A DNA stretch of 64,000 nucleotides from the NCBI RefSeq assembly GCF_963921235.1, contig NC_086097.1:235664001-235728000 (forward strand). Direction: 5' to 3'. The stretch is from Mobula hypostoma (Eukaryota). This document shows positions 1 through 11,830 of this stretch, piece after piece. The notes under the pieces were generated by a model that ran no database searches, was not told where the DNA came from, and saw only the letters and a program-made list of their open reading frames with translations. Every line of letters starts with the position of its first letter. Within the stretch, counting starts at the first letter, position 1. The translations under genes and the position numbers were made by a program.

Positions 1-476
1 GCTTAAGGACAATAAAGTCAAGGTATTGGAGTGGCCATCACAAAGCCCTGACCTCAATCCGATAGAAAATTTGTGGGCAGAACTGAAAAACCATGTGTGA
101 GCAAGGAGGCCTACAAACCTGACTCAGTTACACCAGTTCTGTCTGGAGGAATGGAACAAAATTCCAGCAACTTACTGTGAGGAGCTTGTCAAAGGCTATC
201 CAAAATGTTTGACCCAGGTTAAACAATTTAAAGGCAATGCTACCAAATACTAACAAAGTGTATGTGAACTTCTGACTCACTGGAAAAGTGATGAAAGAAA
301 TAAAAGCTGAAATAAATCATTCTCTGTACTATTTTTCTGACATTTCACATTCTTAAAATAGTGATCCTAACTGACCTAAGACAGGGAAAGTTTTCTAGGA
401 TTAAATGTCGGGAATTGTGAAAAACTGAGTTTAAATGTATTTGGCTAAGGTGTGTATAACCTTCTGACTTCAACTG
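1..476 (+). mobile_element. Tc1/mariner DNA transposon, Sleeping Beauty-like (IR/DR group): 3' part of transposase plus right IR/DR
   Basis: Frame from nt 2 reads [82 protein letters not shown] (SPDLNPIE motif, stop 251-253, premature TGA 98-100). A ~225-bp terminal repeat follows, with two DR copies (GTGTATGTGAACTTCTGAC ~258-276 and GTGTGTATAACCTTCTGAC ~450-468), ending ACTTCAACTG at 476 followed by TA. Confidence 0.95.
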
Positions 477-1159
477 TACATGGCAAAGGGCTCTGCCAGC
501 TAAGGAGGCATAACTATTGGTGCGTGCTTCCTTCTTGAATTTCTGTTGGAGAAATTGTGCCCATTAAAGACTCTGTTTTTCATTGCTCAACAATGGTCAA
601 TTCTCAGATTCTGGAAGTTTTAGATCAATACAAATAAGGTAAAACATCTTTTGAAGGCAAGTGTTGGCATTTGTTGCTCACAGAAATTACAGCTTAATGC
701 AAGGCTGTTTCTATTGTCAGCCACTAAATGAATTTCTATTCATCGGTGACCCAGAATGAAATAGGGAATGATCAGATTGAGAAATTGAGTATGATAACAA
801 AAATGAAGGTAAAAACATCGAGGATACCTAATCAAAGTTGAGGCAGCTTGAATCCTCAACAGCTCGGTTTATGTGATTTGAAATTTACTTACTGCTTTTA
901 AAAGAAAAACAGTAATGTTCTGTTTACAAAACAGAAGGACATTAATGAGGCAATGTATCCTTATGCTAACGTATGTGATATAATACTGCTAGAAGCCTGA
1001 AGAGATGAAGCAGATATAATAGGTACATTCAAGAAATACGCATATGGATAATGAAAAAATGGAGAGCTATCAGCATCAGGTTTACGATCATTGACAATAA
1101 AGCAGGAGTACAGTAGAAATAGATAAAATACAATAAACTACAATAAGAAGGGACCAGAA

Positions 1160-1715
1160 GGGATAAGAGCAGAATTAGGCCATTCAGCCCGTCAAGTCTG
1201 CTCCATCATTTCATCATGGCTGATCCATTTTCTTTCTCATTTCCATTCTCCTGCCTTCTCCCCAGAACCTATCACACCCTGACAAATCAAGAATCTATCA
1301 ATCTCGGCCTTAAGTACACCCAGTGACCTGACTTCCACAGCTGCCTGTGGCAAAGAATTCCTGAGGTTCAGTATCCTCTGGCTAAAGAAATTCATCCTCA
1401 TCTCCTTACTAAATGGACCTTCCCCCCCCCAATTCTGTCTCTCTGTGAAGGATAAGTCTTCACGTATATTTAAGGCGGAGTTTGATAAATTCTTGATTGG
1501 TCAGGGCCTGAAGGGATACCTGGGTAAGGCAGGAGATTGGGGCTCAGAGGAAAAATGGATCAGCCATGATGAAATGGCAGAGCAAATGATAGGCCCAATG
1601 GCCTAATTCTGCTCCTATATCTTATGGACTTATATAATAACCCTTTCATTTCCAGAGTCATTCTTGTAAACCTCCTCTGAACCTTCTCCACTGTTAGCAC
1701 ATCCTTTCTTAGATA
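1160..1715. mobile_element. CR1 LINE 3' fragments: a minus-strand copy interrupted by a plus-strand 3' end (~1446-1632)
   Basis: CR1 3'UTR motifs (GGCCTAATTCTGCTCCTAT on plus; ATAAGAGCAGAATTAGGCCATTC as its reverse complement) and remnants of RT C-terminal sequence. Confidence 0.75.
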
Positions 1716-1728
1716 AGAATGATACATG

Positions 1729-2929
1729 TGTCATGGTCGGGTCCGTGAAGTCCACGTTCCGGTTCACGGTCTGGTCTGTGGACTCCGGACTTCAGGTCTT
1801 CCGGCTATCCCTTGTTTCAGTTGGGTTTAATCATAGGCACCCGATGCTCATCTTGGGGCTGAGAATATAAGTGGCCCTGGGTTCACGTGTGGTTGCTGGT
1901 TCGTCTCATCAGTATCCTGTCCTTGCCTCCATGGAGTAAGTCAGGCCGTATTTGCCGTTACTCTGCGGTTAGATCAGTCCCTTCCTGTCCTTGCCTTGTT
2001 GGGTAAGCCAGGCCGTCTTTGCTGTTACCCTGAGGCTGGGCTGTTCCTTTCCCCTCCCTTCACCTTCCTCCTGAAGCCTTGCCTACAACCTCTGCCTGAA
2101 GCCTTGGCCTGAAGACTTGCCTGCAACCTTGCCTACATCCTAGCCTGTATCGCTGTCAAGTTCTACCACCGGAGCCTTGCTGTGTCTAGATAAGGAACTG
2201 TCTATCATTGTTTGGAACTGTCTCTGTGTCCACGTCCCCACTAGGTAGGTCCGGCCGTTTGCCACTACCTTGTGTTAGGAACTGTCTCTCTGTGTTCTGT
2301 GTCGAGTCCCGGCCCCAAGTTCTGTTCCCAAGGAGGGGTCCTGGCTCTGTGTTCCATGTTCCTGTCTCTCAAGTCCAAGGCTCCATGTTCCCATGCTCTA
2401 GACCAAGGCTCCGAGCGTCCAGTCCTCATCCAAGGCTCCGAGGTTCCTGTCTCCCATGATCATGTCATGTCTTCACCTGGTTCTGGAGTCCGAGCCCGAG
2501 TCGAGACCCAGCTTCTGTGTCCTTGTCCAGTCTGTGGCTTGGAGTCCAAACCCAAGCCTCATCATGTCCTCACCTCGAAGAACCCAAGCCTCGTCATGTC
2601 CTCGCCTCAAAGTACCCACGCCATGTCCAGTCCTGTAGCCACGTCATGTTCTTGCCTAGTTCCGGGGTCCGAGCCCGAGTCAAGACCCAGGATCTGGGTC
2701 CTTGTCCAGTATCCGGCTCAGAGTCCATGCCCAGGCTCCAAGTTCCCAGTTCCTCATCCCGGTCCCGCTTGCCTAGCCAATGCCCTAGCCCAAGTCTGTA
2801 TTCTTGTCCCAGCTCATAGTCTGTATCCAGTCACATCACTAACTCTAGTCTCTAGTCCTGTCCTGTTCCCTGTGCTTCAGTGTCTGTGTCTTGCAATTGG
2901 GTCTGCCTCCCAGCACCCCCCGTGTGACA
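1729..2929 (+). mobile_element. Solo LTR (Gypsy-like), family A copy 1
   Basis: Starts TGTCATGG and ends GTGTGACA (TG...CA with short terminal inverted match). 5-bp flanks ACATG/GCATG (4/5 TSD). TGCAATTGGGTC near the 3' end; internal tandem repeats; homologous to 58601-59687 and, inverted, 62687-63883. Confidence 0.8.
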
Positions 2930-4055
2930 GCATGGGCTCCTGCATGAATTGGCTGTTTGGATTCAGAACTGGTTTTCACATGGAAGACAAAGGGTAGTGT
3001 TTGAAGAGATTTATTCAAACTGAAGGTCTGTAAGTAGTGGAGTTCTTCAGCGATCTGTGCTGGGACCTCTGCTGTTTGTAATGTATATAAATGACTTGGA
3101 TGACAATGAAGATGAGAGAATTAGTAAATTAGCAGATGATACCAAGATTGGTGGAGCTGTGGATAGTGTAGAAGTCTGGCACTGAATCCAGCATGATATA
3201 AATCGGTTGCAGATATGGGCTGTAGAAATGGCAGATGGAGTTTAACCCAGATAAAAGTGAGGCATTGCACCTCGGTAGGACAAATGCAAGGAGACAGTAC
3301 TCTGCTAAGGACAAGGTTCTTAACAGTGTTACTGAGCAGAGAGATCTTGGCATCCAAGTTCACAGCTCCTTGACACTGGTTACACATGTCAATAAGGTGA
3401 GTTATGAAGATTTATGGACTGTTTGCTTTTATTAGTTGAGGCATTGAATTCAAAAGTCAGCAATTTATGTTGAAACTTTGTAAAACTCTGGTTAGGCCAC
3501 ATCTGAAGTATCCCATACAGTTCTGGTTGCCCCACTATAAGAAGGATGTTGAGGCTTTTGAGATACTGAGATTAGTGGAGTTGCGGAGTTACAGAAGTGG
3601 TTTACCAGGTCTCTGCCTGGTTTAGAGGGCACCTGCTATTATGAGAGGCTGCATAAATGGGTTGTTTTCTCAGGAGACGAGGGAGATCTTATTAAGGTTT
3701 ACAAGATTATGAGAGGCATAGAGTGGATAGATTATTTTTTAACCCGGGGTTAAAATATCTAATAGCAGAAGGCATACAACGAAAGTGAGATGGGATCTGT
3801 TCAAGGGGGATGTGAGGGGTAAGTTTTTTACTCAGAGAATGGTGGATGCCTGGAATGCGCAATCTGGTATGGTGGTAGATGCAAATTCATTTGAGGCATT
3901 AAAGAGACTTTTGGCTGTTACTTGGATGTAACAAATATGGAGGGATTTGGACAGGGTGTAGGTAGGAGGGACTAGTGTTTGGGTGTTGTTGAATTGCATT
4001 TTAGTTGGTTCAGCAAAATATTGTAGGTTGAATGGCTGGTTCCTGTGCTGTACTC
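2930..4055 (+). mobile_element. CR1 LINE, degraded RT and 3' end
   Basis: Fragments such as WIQNW, INDLD, ADDTKIGG, MEFNPDK, QRDLG and KTLVRPHL with frameshifts. Confidence 0.9.
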
Positions 4056-4057
4056 TT

Positions 4058-4450
4058 CTATAAAGGACCCAAAACTGCTTACAATACTCCAAGTGAGGTC
4101 TCACCAGTGTTTTAAAAAGCCTCAGCATTACATCCTTGCCTCTATATTGGAATGTTCTCGAAATTAATGCTGACATTGCATTTGTCTTCCTGACCACTGA
4201 CTCAACCTGCAAGTTAATCTTTAGAGAATCCAGCACAAGGACTCCCAAGTCTCTTTGCATCTTGAATTTAATAAACTTTCTGCCCATTTTGAAAATGGTC
4301 TATTCTTTATACCTTCTACAAAAGTGCATGACCATACACCTCCTGACACTATATTCCATCTGCCACTTCCTTGCTCGTTCTCCTAATCTGTCTAATTCCT
4401 TCTGGTCCTTCTGTAGTCTCTCGACATTCTCAAAACTACCCGCCTCTCCA
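4058..4450 (-). mobile_element. CR1 LINE fragment
   Basis: ORF 3832-4287(-) contains QRDLGVLV...KTLVRPHLEYCKQFW; ORF 4300-4497(-) contains LDRLGERARKWQMEY. Confidence 0.85.
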
Positions 4451-4869
4451 CTGGTAAGACTGACCATACATCTCAGGTGGGAGGAAGTAATTTTCATGAT
4501 GGATCTAATACTGTGCTTTCCTTTACACGTCCTACAAGTCTACAGATCTTGGTCCGCATATTCACAAACTGCCAAAGAAGCAGAATTCAGTCATTGAAGA
4601 TGGTGAAGTACCCCATTGGTAATAGATAAAGATTGGGATGGAGGCAGTAGTGCCAATGACACCCTTTTCTTAGCTGATTTCTAAGGAACCAAGCCATGGT
4701 GATGCTTCGCTCCAGAAATAAACAGCTTCTTCTGAAGCAGCTGACCACTATGAAAGTCAAAATGTTAATACCAGATTAGGGCAGAAAGTTAAAAGAAAGA
4801 TAGATCCGAATTAGGAATACCCAATAGCATACAGTATGTCTGTGTCAGGCAAGGGTGGCGAAAGTCAGA

Positions 4870-5140
4870 GTCTGAGAAGCACACAGAAAATGGTGGAGAA
4901 ACTCAGCAGGTCTATCAGCATCTGTGGAAAGCAATAAAGAATCAACATCTTGGGCCGAGACCCTGCAGGCATACTGGAAAGGATGGGGGAGAAACCAAAA
5001 TAAGAAAGTATGGGGAGGGGAAGGAGTACAAGGTAGAAGGTGATTGATAAAGCCAGACAGGGGGAGGGGGGGAAAGTGCTAGGTTGGGGGAGGGGGAAGT
5101 GAGAAGCTGGGAAGTGATAGGTGCGAAAAGTTGGTAGATA
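4870..5140 (-). mobile_element. Degraded Penelope-like element 3' terminus
   Basis: Similar to the terminus at 41728-42120 (ACTCAGCAGG...GCATCT...GGGCCGAGACCC), followed by a purine-rich UTR. Hammerhead core is decayed. Confidence 0.65.
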
Positions 5141-5284
5141 CAAATTTCCAACAAGTATATGTGCCTGAGAAAGTGTGTTTGAAGGTTTGCCTTTAACATC
5201 GGCTGCTTGCTCTGAGACTGAGCTGTTAAACCTGACTAGTCATGATACTTGGTTAGAAGATTACGCTGGTTTTGAGGATTTTAT

Positions 5285-5950
5285 TAGATTATGAGGACAC
5301 GCAGTCCTCTTTTATTGTCATTTAGTAATTCATGCATTGAGAAATGATACAATGTTCCTCCAGAATGATATCACAGAAACACAAGACAAACCAAGACTAA
5401 AAAAACTGACAAAAACCACATAATTATAACATATAGTTACAACAGTGCAACGCAATACCGTAATTTGATAAAGAACAGACCATGGGCATGGTAAATAAAA
5501 GTCTCTCAAAAGTCCCATCATCTTACGCAGACGGTAGACGGAAGAAAAACTCACCCTGCCATGAGCTTCCAGCGCCGCAAACTTGCCGATGCAGCACCTG
5601 GAAGCACCCAACCACAGCCGACTCTTGAGTCCATCCAAAAACTTTGAACCTCCGACCAGTCCTCCGACACCGAGCACCGAGCACCATCTCTGCCGAGCGC
5701 TTCGACCCTGGCCCCGGCAACAGGCAATAGGCAAAGTCAAGGATCTGGGGCCTTCCCCTTCGGAGATTCTCGATTGCACAGTAGCAACAGCAGCGAAGCA
5801 GGCATTTCAGAAGTTTCTCCAGATGTTCCTCCGTGCTTCTCACATCTGTCTCCATCGAATCAGGATTGTGCATGGCATCCTACTTACAAATACGATATCA
5901 TTTCGGAGCGGCCGCATGCGCTGTGTCGCACTGCCATCTTCTCCTCCCCT
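5285..5950 (-). mobile_element. Non-autonomous LINE-derived element (Rex1/L2-type ends)
   Basis: Minus strand starts GGGGAGGAGAAGATGGC (LINE 5'UTR-like, CpG-rich) and ends ...GACAATAAAAGAGGAC...ATAATCTAAT, resembling the Rex1-type 3' ends elsewhere in the window. No RT ORF. Confidence 0.55.
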
Positions 5951-6424
5951 TTAACAAGTCTTAAGAAGGAAAAACTAAGTATTGAAGTGTTAATTACAGA
6001 TATTGTCTTTTAAGCAAATTAATAAAGATGATTTTTGACCCTCTGTTAGGAATTTGAGGTTGGTAAACTTTTGGTTGGAATGTGTGTGTGAGGAACTTGA
6101 AGGCTTCATCAGTGATGTCCAACTTCCCTACATGTTAAAGCCTTAAAGGTTTATAAGGTTTCCTTGATGTGTGTGAGTGATTGTGTTTGACACAATCTTC
6201 CACTTGCCTTAAGAGTAAGACATATTTTGTGTAAAGTGCATGAATTCCCTATGAGTTTTGACATGTTACATTCAGTTTAACAACTTCTGAGCTACATCAT
6301 AAATAACTGTCCATTTGTTGGGATTTAAAAGGATTTTGAAGAGAAACTGCTGAAGGCTCAAGAGAGATATTAATTGATCTCTCCAAGATTACCTCCAAGA
6401 TTGCCTCCAAGTCTAAGGAGGTGG

Positions 6425-7075
6425 AGACAGAGGTGCAAGGGACCTGGGAGTCCTTGAGCCAGATTCCCTAAAGGATAGCTAGCAGGTTGAGTCTGTGGTG
6501 AGGAAGGCAAATGCAATGTTAACATTCATTTCAAGAGCACTAGAATATAAAAGTAAGTATATAATGTTGAGACTTTATAAAACACTGGTGAGACCCGTCT
6601 TGGAATACTGTGAGTGGTCTTGGACCCTTTATCTTAGGAAGGACATGTTGTAACTGGATAAAGTTCAAAAAAGGTTCACAAAAATGATACCAGGATTGAA
6701 CGGCTTGTCGTATGAAGAGCTTTTGATGGTCCTGGGCCTGTATTCACTAGAATTCAAAAGAATAAAGGCTGACCTAATTGAAACATCAAATGGTGAAAGG
6801 CCTTGATAGAATGGTTGTAATATGGAGAGGTGCAAGAGTCTAAGACCAGAGGACACAGCCTCTGAAGGGTGTCCTTTTAGAACAGAGACGAACATAATTT
6901 CTTTAGCCAGAGAGTGGTGAATCTGTGAAATCTGTTGCCACAGGCAGCTGTGGAGGACAATCCTTTGTGTGCATTTAAGACAGAGGTTAATAGATTCTTG
7001 TTTGAAAGATATGAAAGATATGGTGGGAAGGTAGAAGATTGGGGCTGAGAGGAAAATTGGATTAGCTATGACTGA
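6425..7075 (+). mobile_element. CR1 LINE degraded 3' fragment
   Basis: GTGCAAGGGACCTGGGAGTC, RKANAML, KTLVRP, QRVVNL-type segments and 3'UTR. Confidence 0.85.
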
Positions 7076-7169
7076 GGGAGAAAGCATATCTACAAGAAAA
7101 GATGGGGACTGAGACTGAACCCACTCTAATGTACAGCTCAGATTGCAATCAAGGACATAAGATCAGAGG

Positions 7170-8770
7170 AAATAAGAGTATTATTAGGCCATTTGGCTCA
7201 AGGAGTCTGCTCCGCCATTTCATTTTGGCTGATTCAATTCCCTCTCAACCTTAATCACCTGCCTTCTCCTGTAGTCCTTCACATCCTGACTAATCAAAAA
7301 CCTGTCAACCTGCATCTTAAAAGCACCCTGTCACCTGGTCTCCACAGGTGCCTGTGGCACTGAATTCCACTGATACACTACTCTCTCGCTAAAGAAATTT
7401 CTCCTCATCTCTGTCCTTAATGGAAGTCCCTCTATTTTAACATTGTGCCCTCTGGTCCAAGATTCCGTAACCAAAGAAAACATCCTTTTCACATCCACTC
7501 TGTCTAGGCCTTTAAACCTTGATAGGTTTCAATGAGATTCCCCCTCATTCTTCTAAATTCCAGTGAATACAGGCCCAGAGCTTCAACCACTGCGCATATG
7601 AACATAAAAATCTACGGTACATTGCAGGCCCTTTGGCCCACAATATTGTGCCAACCATGTCACCTACTCTAGAAACTGCCTAGAGTTACCCTACTGCATA
7701 GCCCTCTATTTTTCTCAACTCAATGTACCTATCTAAGGGTCTCTTAAAAGACTCTGTGGTATCTGCCTCCATTACCATCGCCGGCAGTGCATTCCACTCA
7801 TCCACCACTCTCTATGTGCAAAGATTACCCCGACATCCCCTCCGTACGTACTTGCAAGCAGCTTAAAACTATGCCCCCTCATGTTAGCCATTTCAGCCCT
7901 GGGAGAAAGCCTCTGGCTAATGACACGATCAATGTCTCTCATCTCTATCAGCTCACCTCTCATCCTTCGTCACTCCAAGGAGAAAAGGTCAATTTCACTC
8001 AACTTATTCTCATCAGGCACACACTCCAATCCAGGCAACATCCTTGTAAGTCTCCTCTGCACTCTCTCTACAGTATCCACATTCTTCCTGTAGTGAGGTG
8101 ACCAGAACTGAACACAGTACTCCAAGTGGTGTCTGACCAAGGCCTTACATAGGTGTAACATTGTGTCACAGCTCTTGAACTTAATCGCACGGCTGATGAA
8201 GGCCAACACATCATACGCCTTCTTAACAACACTGTCAACCTGTGCAGCAGCTTTAAGTGTCCTATGGACATGAACCCAAGATCTCTCTGATCCTCCACAC
8301 TGTCAAGAGTCCTTCTATTAATACTATATTCTGTCTTCAAATTCAACCTGCTAAAATGAACCACTTCACACTTATCTGGGTTGAACTACATCTTCCACTT
8401 CTCTGTCCAGTTCTGCATCCTATCAATGTCCCTCCATAACCTCTGCAGCCCTCCAGACTATCCACAACACCCCTACCTTTGTGTCATTGGCTGATTTACT
8501 AACCTACCCTTCTACTTCTTCATCCAGGTAATTTATAAAAATTACCAAGAGGAGGAGTCTCAGAACAGATCCCTGCAGAGCACCACTGGTCACCAACTTC
8601 CATGCAGAATGCGAACCATCTACAACCACCCTTGGCCTTCTGTGGGCAAGCAAATTCTAGATCCACAAAGCAAGGTCTCCTTGGATCCCATGCCTCCTTA
8701 CTTGCCGAGTGAGCCTTACATGGGGAACCTTATCAAATGCCTTACTGAGATCCATATACACTACTTCCTC
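7170..8770 (-). mobile_element. Two adjacent or nested CR1 LINE fragments (~7170-7600 and ~7600-8770)
   Basis: ORF 7970-8209(-) MLAFISRAIKFKS...HLEYCVQFWSPHYRKNVDTVERVQRRLTRMLPG; two separate CR1 3'UTR ends. Confidence 0.9.
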
Positions 8771-9099
8771 TGCATAGTTTGTTGTATTTTATATTTTGCA
8801 CAGTGGTTGGCCACCCTATTGGTGCGCTCTTTCACTGATTCTATTATGGTTACTGGATTTACTGAGTATGTCCCAAGAAAATGAATCTCAGGTTTGCATA
8901 TGTTGACATTTATGTACTTTCATAATAACATTTACTTTGAAAATTTAACATTCCATTCACCAACTTGCTTGCTTGATCAACAGATGGCACACCATCAGTG
9001 ACAGGACTCCACTGTGGGGTTATTGCTTCCTTGTAAAAGCTGTACCTAACATATTTACCATTCACTGTATATTTCTCAGATAGGATCTTGTCACAAAAA

Positions 9100-9660
9100 A
9101 ACCCTGAGCGATTGGTCGCACAAATCATTAAATACTGTTATCATTGTAGTAAATAAAATTAACACCCATGCTCTCAATTCTCTATATTTCAAGAGCTTTG
9201 TATTGAGAAAGATGAACAACTTGAACATTTGCTGTTGCCAACTTTTTTTGGGTTACCATCTCCTAGGCACCCCCTCTCCCTTTTCCAAATTCAAAATAGT
9301 AATAAACTTTTTTTAAAATATTCAAATCTATTTAAAGTTACAAATACAATAATTTCTTTATTTCTTTACAGTAAAATAATTTTCATAACACAAATGCCGC
9401 ACTGAAATAGGGTTAACTTGAGCAGAAATGTGGCTAATTTGACTCCGATAAGATTCACATCATTTCCTTGCAATTTAAGATTGATTTCATTAAACTTTGT
9501 GAATAATTCTGACAAATAAGCAATGTTATGCCTAATATTCTTGAGTTGATTGCTGAATGAACCATTCAAGTCTTCAAAGAATTTTATTACAGCTTTAAAA
9601 GGTGCATAAACGCATCTCAGGCAGTTTCCTTTTGAGAGTCATCTGTTGGTTAAGTACTGA
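9100..9660. mobile_element. hAT (Charlie/Buster-like) transposase remnant, internally inverted
   Basis: Plus strand ~9125-9237 reads SLNTVIIVVNKINTHALNS..ELCIEKDEQLEHLLL. Minus strand from 9644 reads R*LSKGNCLRCVYA...IAYLSELFTKFNEINLKLQG, the continuation of the LLLHTEVRWLS motif. Confidence 0.8.
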
Positions 9661-10517
9661 CAGTTTTTTTCTGATAGAGGTGCTGTCTACAATTATTTCT
9701 CTTTAGAGGTAGAGTGAGGTCACAAGCCCTTCAGGGCCAATGAGTCTGCATTGCTTAATTACACTCATGTGACCAGTTACCCTACTGACCCCTACTTCTT
9801 TGGAATGTAGTAGCAAAACAGAGGAAACCTATGTGACCACAAGGAGAGTCCTGACAGACAGCGGCGAGATTTGAATCTGGGTTGCTGGCACCATAAGAGC
9901 ATTGTGCTAAGCACTATGCCACTGTGCCATCCTTGGTGCCCTGATGCCAAGAACTATCTGGTAAGAGGATTTTCCATAATATCCAGTAGTCCTGTTAGCT
10001 TACATGGCTAGCTTAAATGTGGTAACACAGCTTAATGGTACGGCATGAGAAAATTATCACTGTGGCCACAACAACATATTGTGCATCGTTGTACGTTCAG
10101 GAAATGGTATTCCTTTACATAGCATCTGTCATGCAAGGTGAATATGATTAATGGCACACTGAGCAGCTGAGAAACTCACAACCATGGCAAAGCTGCTAGC
10201 TCGATATGTTTGTGACAGTAATCCTTGACATATGCTGGCTTGCAATAGAAAATGCTGACAATCCCGGGCCACACTCTAGAACACCAGTGCCCCTGTCCAG
10301 AACCAGGGGAGGGGTATCAAAAAATCATCCCCATGAATCCAAAAAAAACAGACTTACCAGATAGATCTGTGAGGTTAGCCATTCGTGAGAATATTTTGCC
10401 CGGAGAAGTAACTGTAGGGATGTCTAGTTATCACATAATATGAATGAATTACGTGCCATATAAAAGGCACCAGATGAGGAACTCATCGAGTCAGGCAGCA
10501 TCTATGGAGGGCAAACT

Positions 10518-11255
10518 GACATAAGAGCAGAATTAGGCCATTCAGCCCATCGAGTCTGCTCTGCCATTCCATCATGGCTCATCCCAGATCCCAATCGACT
10601 CTGTACACCTATTTTCTTGCCATATCCTTTGATGCCCTGAGTGATCAGGAACGATCAACTTCCTCCTTAAATATACCCAGACTTTACCTCCATCACAGTC
10701 TATGGCAGAGCATTCCACGGATTCACTACTCTCTGGCTAAAAAAAAAATTCCTTGCCTCGGTTCTAAAAGGACACTCTTCAATTTTCAGGCTGTGCCCTA
10801 TAGTTCTGGATACTCCCACCATAGGAAACATCCTCTTCACATCCACTCTATCTCGTCCTTTCTGTATTCGGTAGGTTTTAATGAGATCCCCCTGCATTCC
10901 AGTGAGTACAGGCTCAAAGCTGCCAAACTCTCCTCATAAGTTAACCCTTTCATTCCTGGTATCATCCTCGTGAACCTCCTCTGGACTCCGTCCAATGACA
11001 ACACATCCTTTCTAAGATATGGGGACCAAAACTGTTGACAATTCTCCAAGTGCGGCCTGACTAGTGTCTTATAAAGGCTCAGCATTATCTCTTTGCCTTT
11101 ATACTCTATTCCCTTTGAAATAAATGCCAACATTGTATTTGCCTTCTTTACCACAGACTCAGCCTGTGACTTAACCTTCTGGGAGTCTTGCACGAGAACT
11201 CCTCAATCCCTCAGCACCTCTGATGATTGAACCTTCTCCCATTTAGATAATAGAG
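10518..11255 (-). mobile_element. CR1 LINE 3' fragment
   Basis: ORFs 10837-11193(-) and 10700-10897(-) encode the CR1 RT C-terminus (KTLVRPHLE, VQRRFTRMIPG, FFSQRVVNPWNALP). Confidence 0.92.
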
Positions 11256-11349
11256 GGAAGTGGGCTGTTGATATCTTTTGTCAAGACTGAAAGACAAAGG
11301 GGAGATTGCCCGTATAATAAGGAGAACATCCTTCCAGTTCCCACACCAA

Positions 11350-11830
11350 CATGTTTATCATCAGCATTCTCTACTGCCAAGTTAAGGCTAATTGTAAATT
11401 ATATGAACAGCACCTCATATTCCACGTATGTAGACGGCAACCTGGTGGTATGAACTTCGAATTCTCCAATTTTTGGTCAATGCTCATTATGCGTCCTTAT
11501 TCTATTTTAACTCTTCTCCTAATTCATGGCCCTGATCACCAGATCCCTTCCTCTCCCTCACACTTTCCATCTGTCTATCACCCACACACTCCTCCCACTG
11601 CTTCCTCTCCCCCTACTGTTCCCACTTAATCTATGCTACAACTTCCTCTCCGATCAGAATCCATCATCTTCAGCCTTTTGTCACTTCCACTTGTCACCTC
11701 CCAGCCTTTGACATCATTCCCATTCTATAAATTCCCCAATACTGTCTACCACCACCCCCACCCATCACCTGCCACCTCTTATTCCATATTTCTGTCCTTT
11801 ATCTTTCAATCCAGATTTCAGAAGTGGACC
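11350..11830 (+). mobile_element. Degraded Penelope-like element, endonuclease C-terminus and 3'UTR
   Basis: YEQHLIFHV..QPGGMNFEFSNF matches the C-terminus encoded at 42130-42220(-) (EEQHLVFRLGSLQPDGMNIDFS). Pyrimidine-rich UTR follows; terminal remnant at ~12084-12170. Confidence 0.7.

Noticed and set aside
2208..2997. 241-aa and overlapping ORFs as a host gene
   Set aside because: They lie inside a solo LTR; Ser/Pro/Cys-rich translations of tandem repeats, open in several frames and not conserved as a frame in the other two copies.
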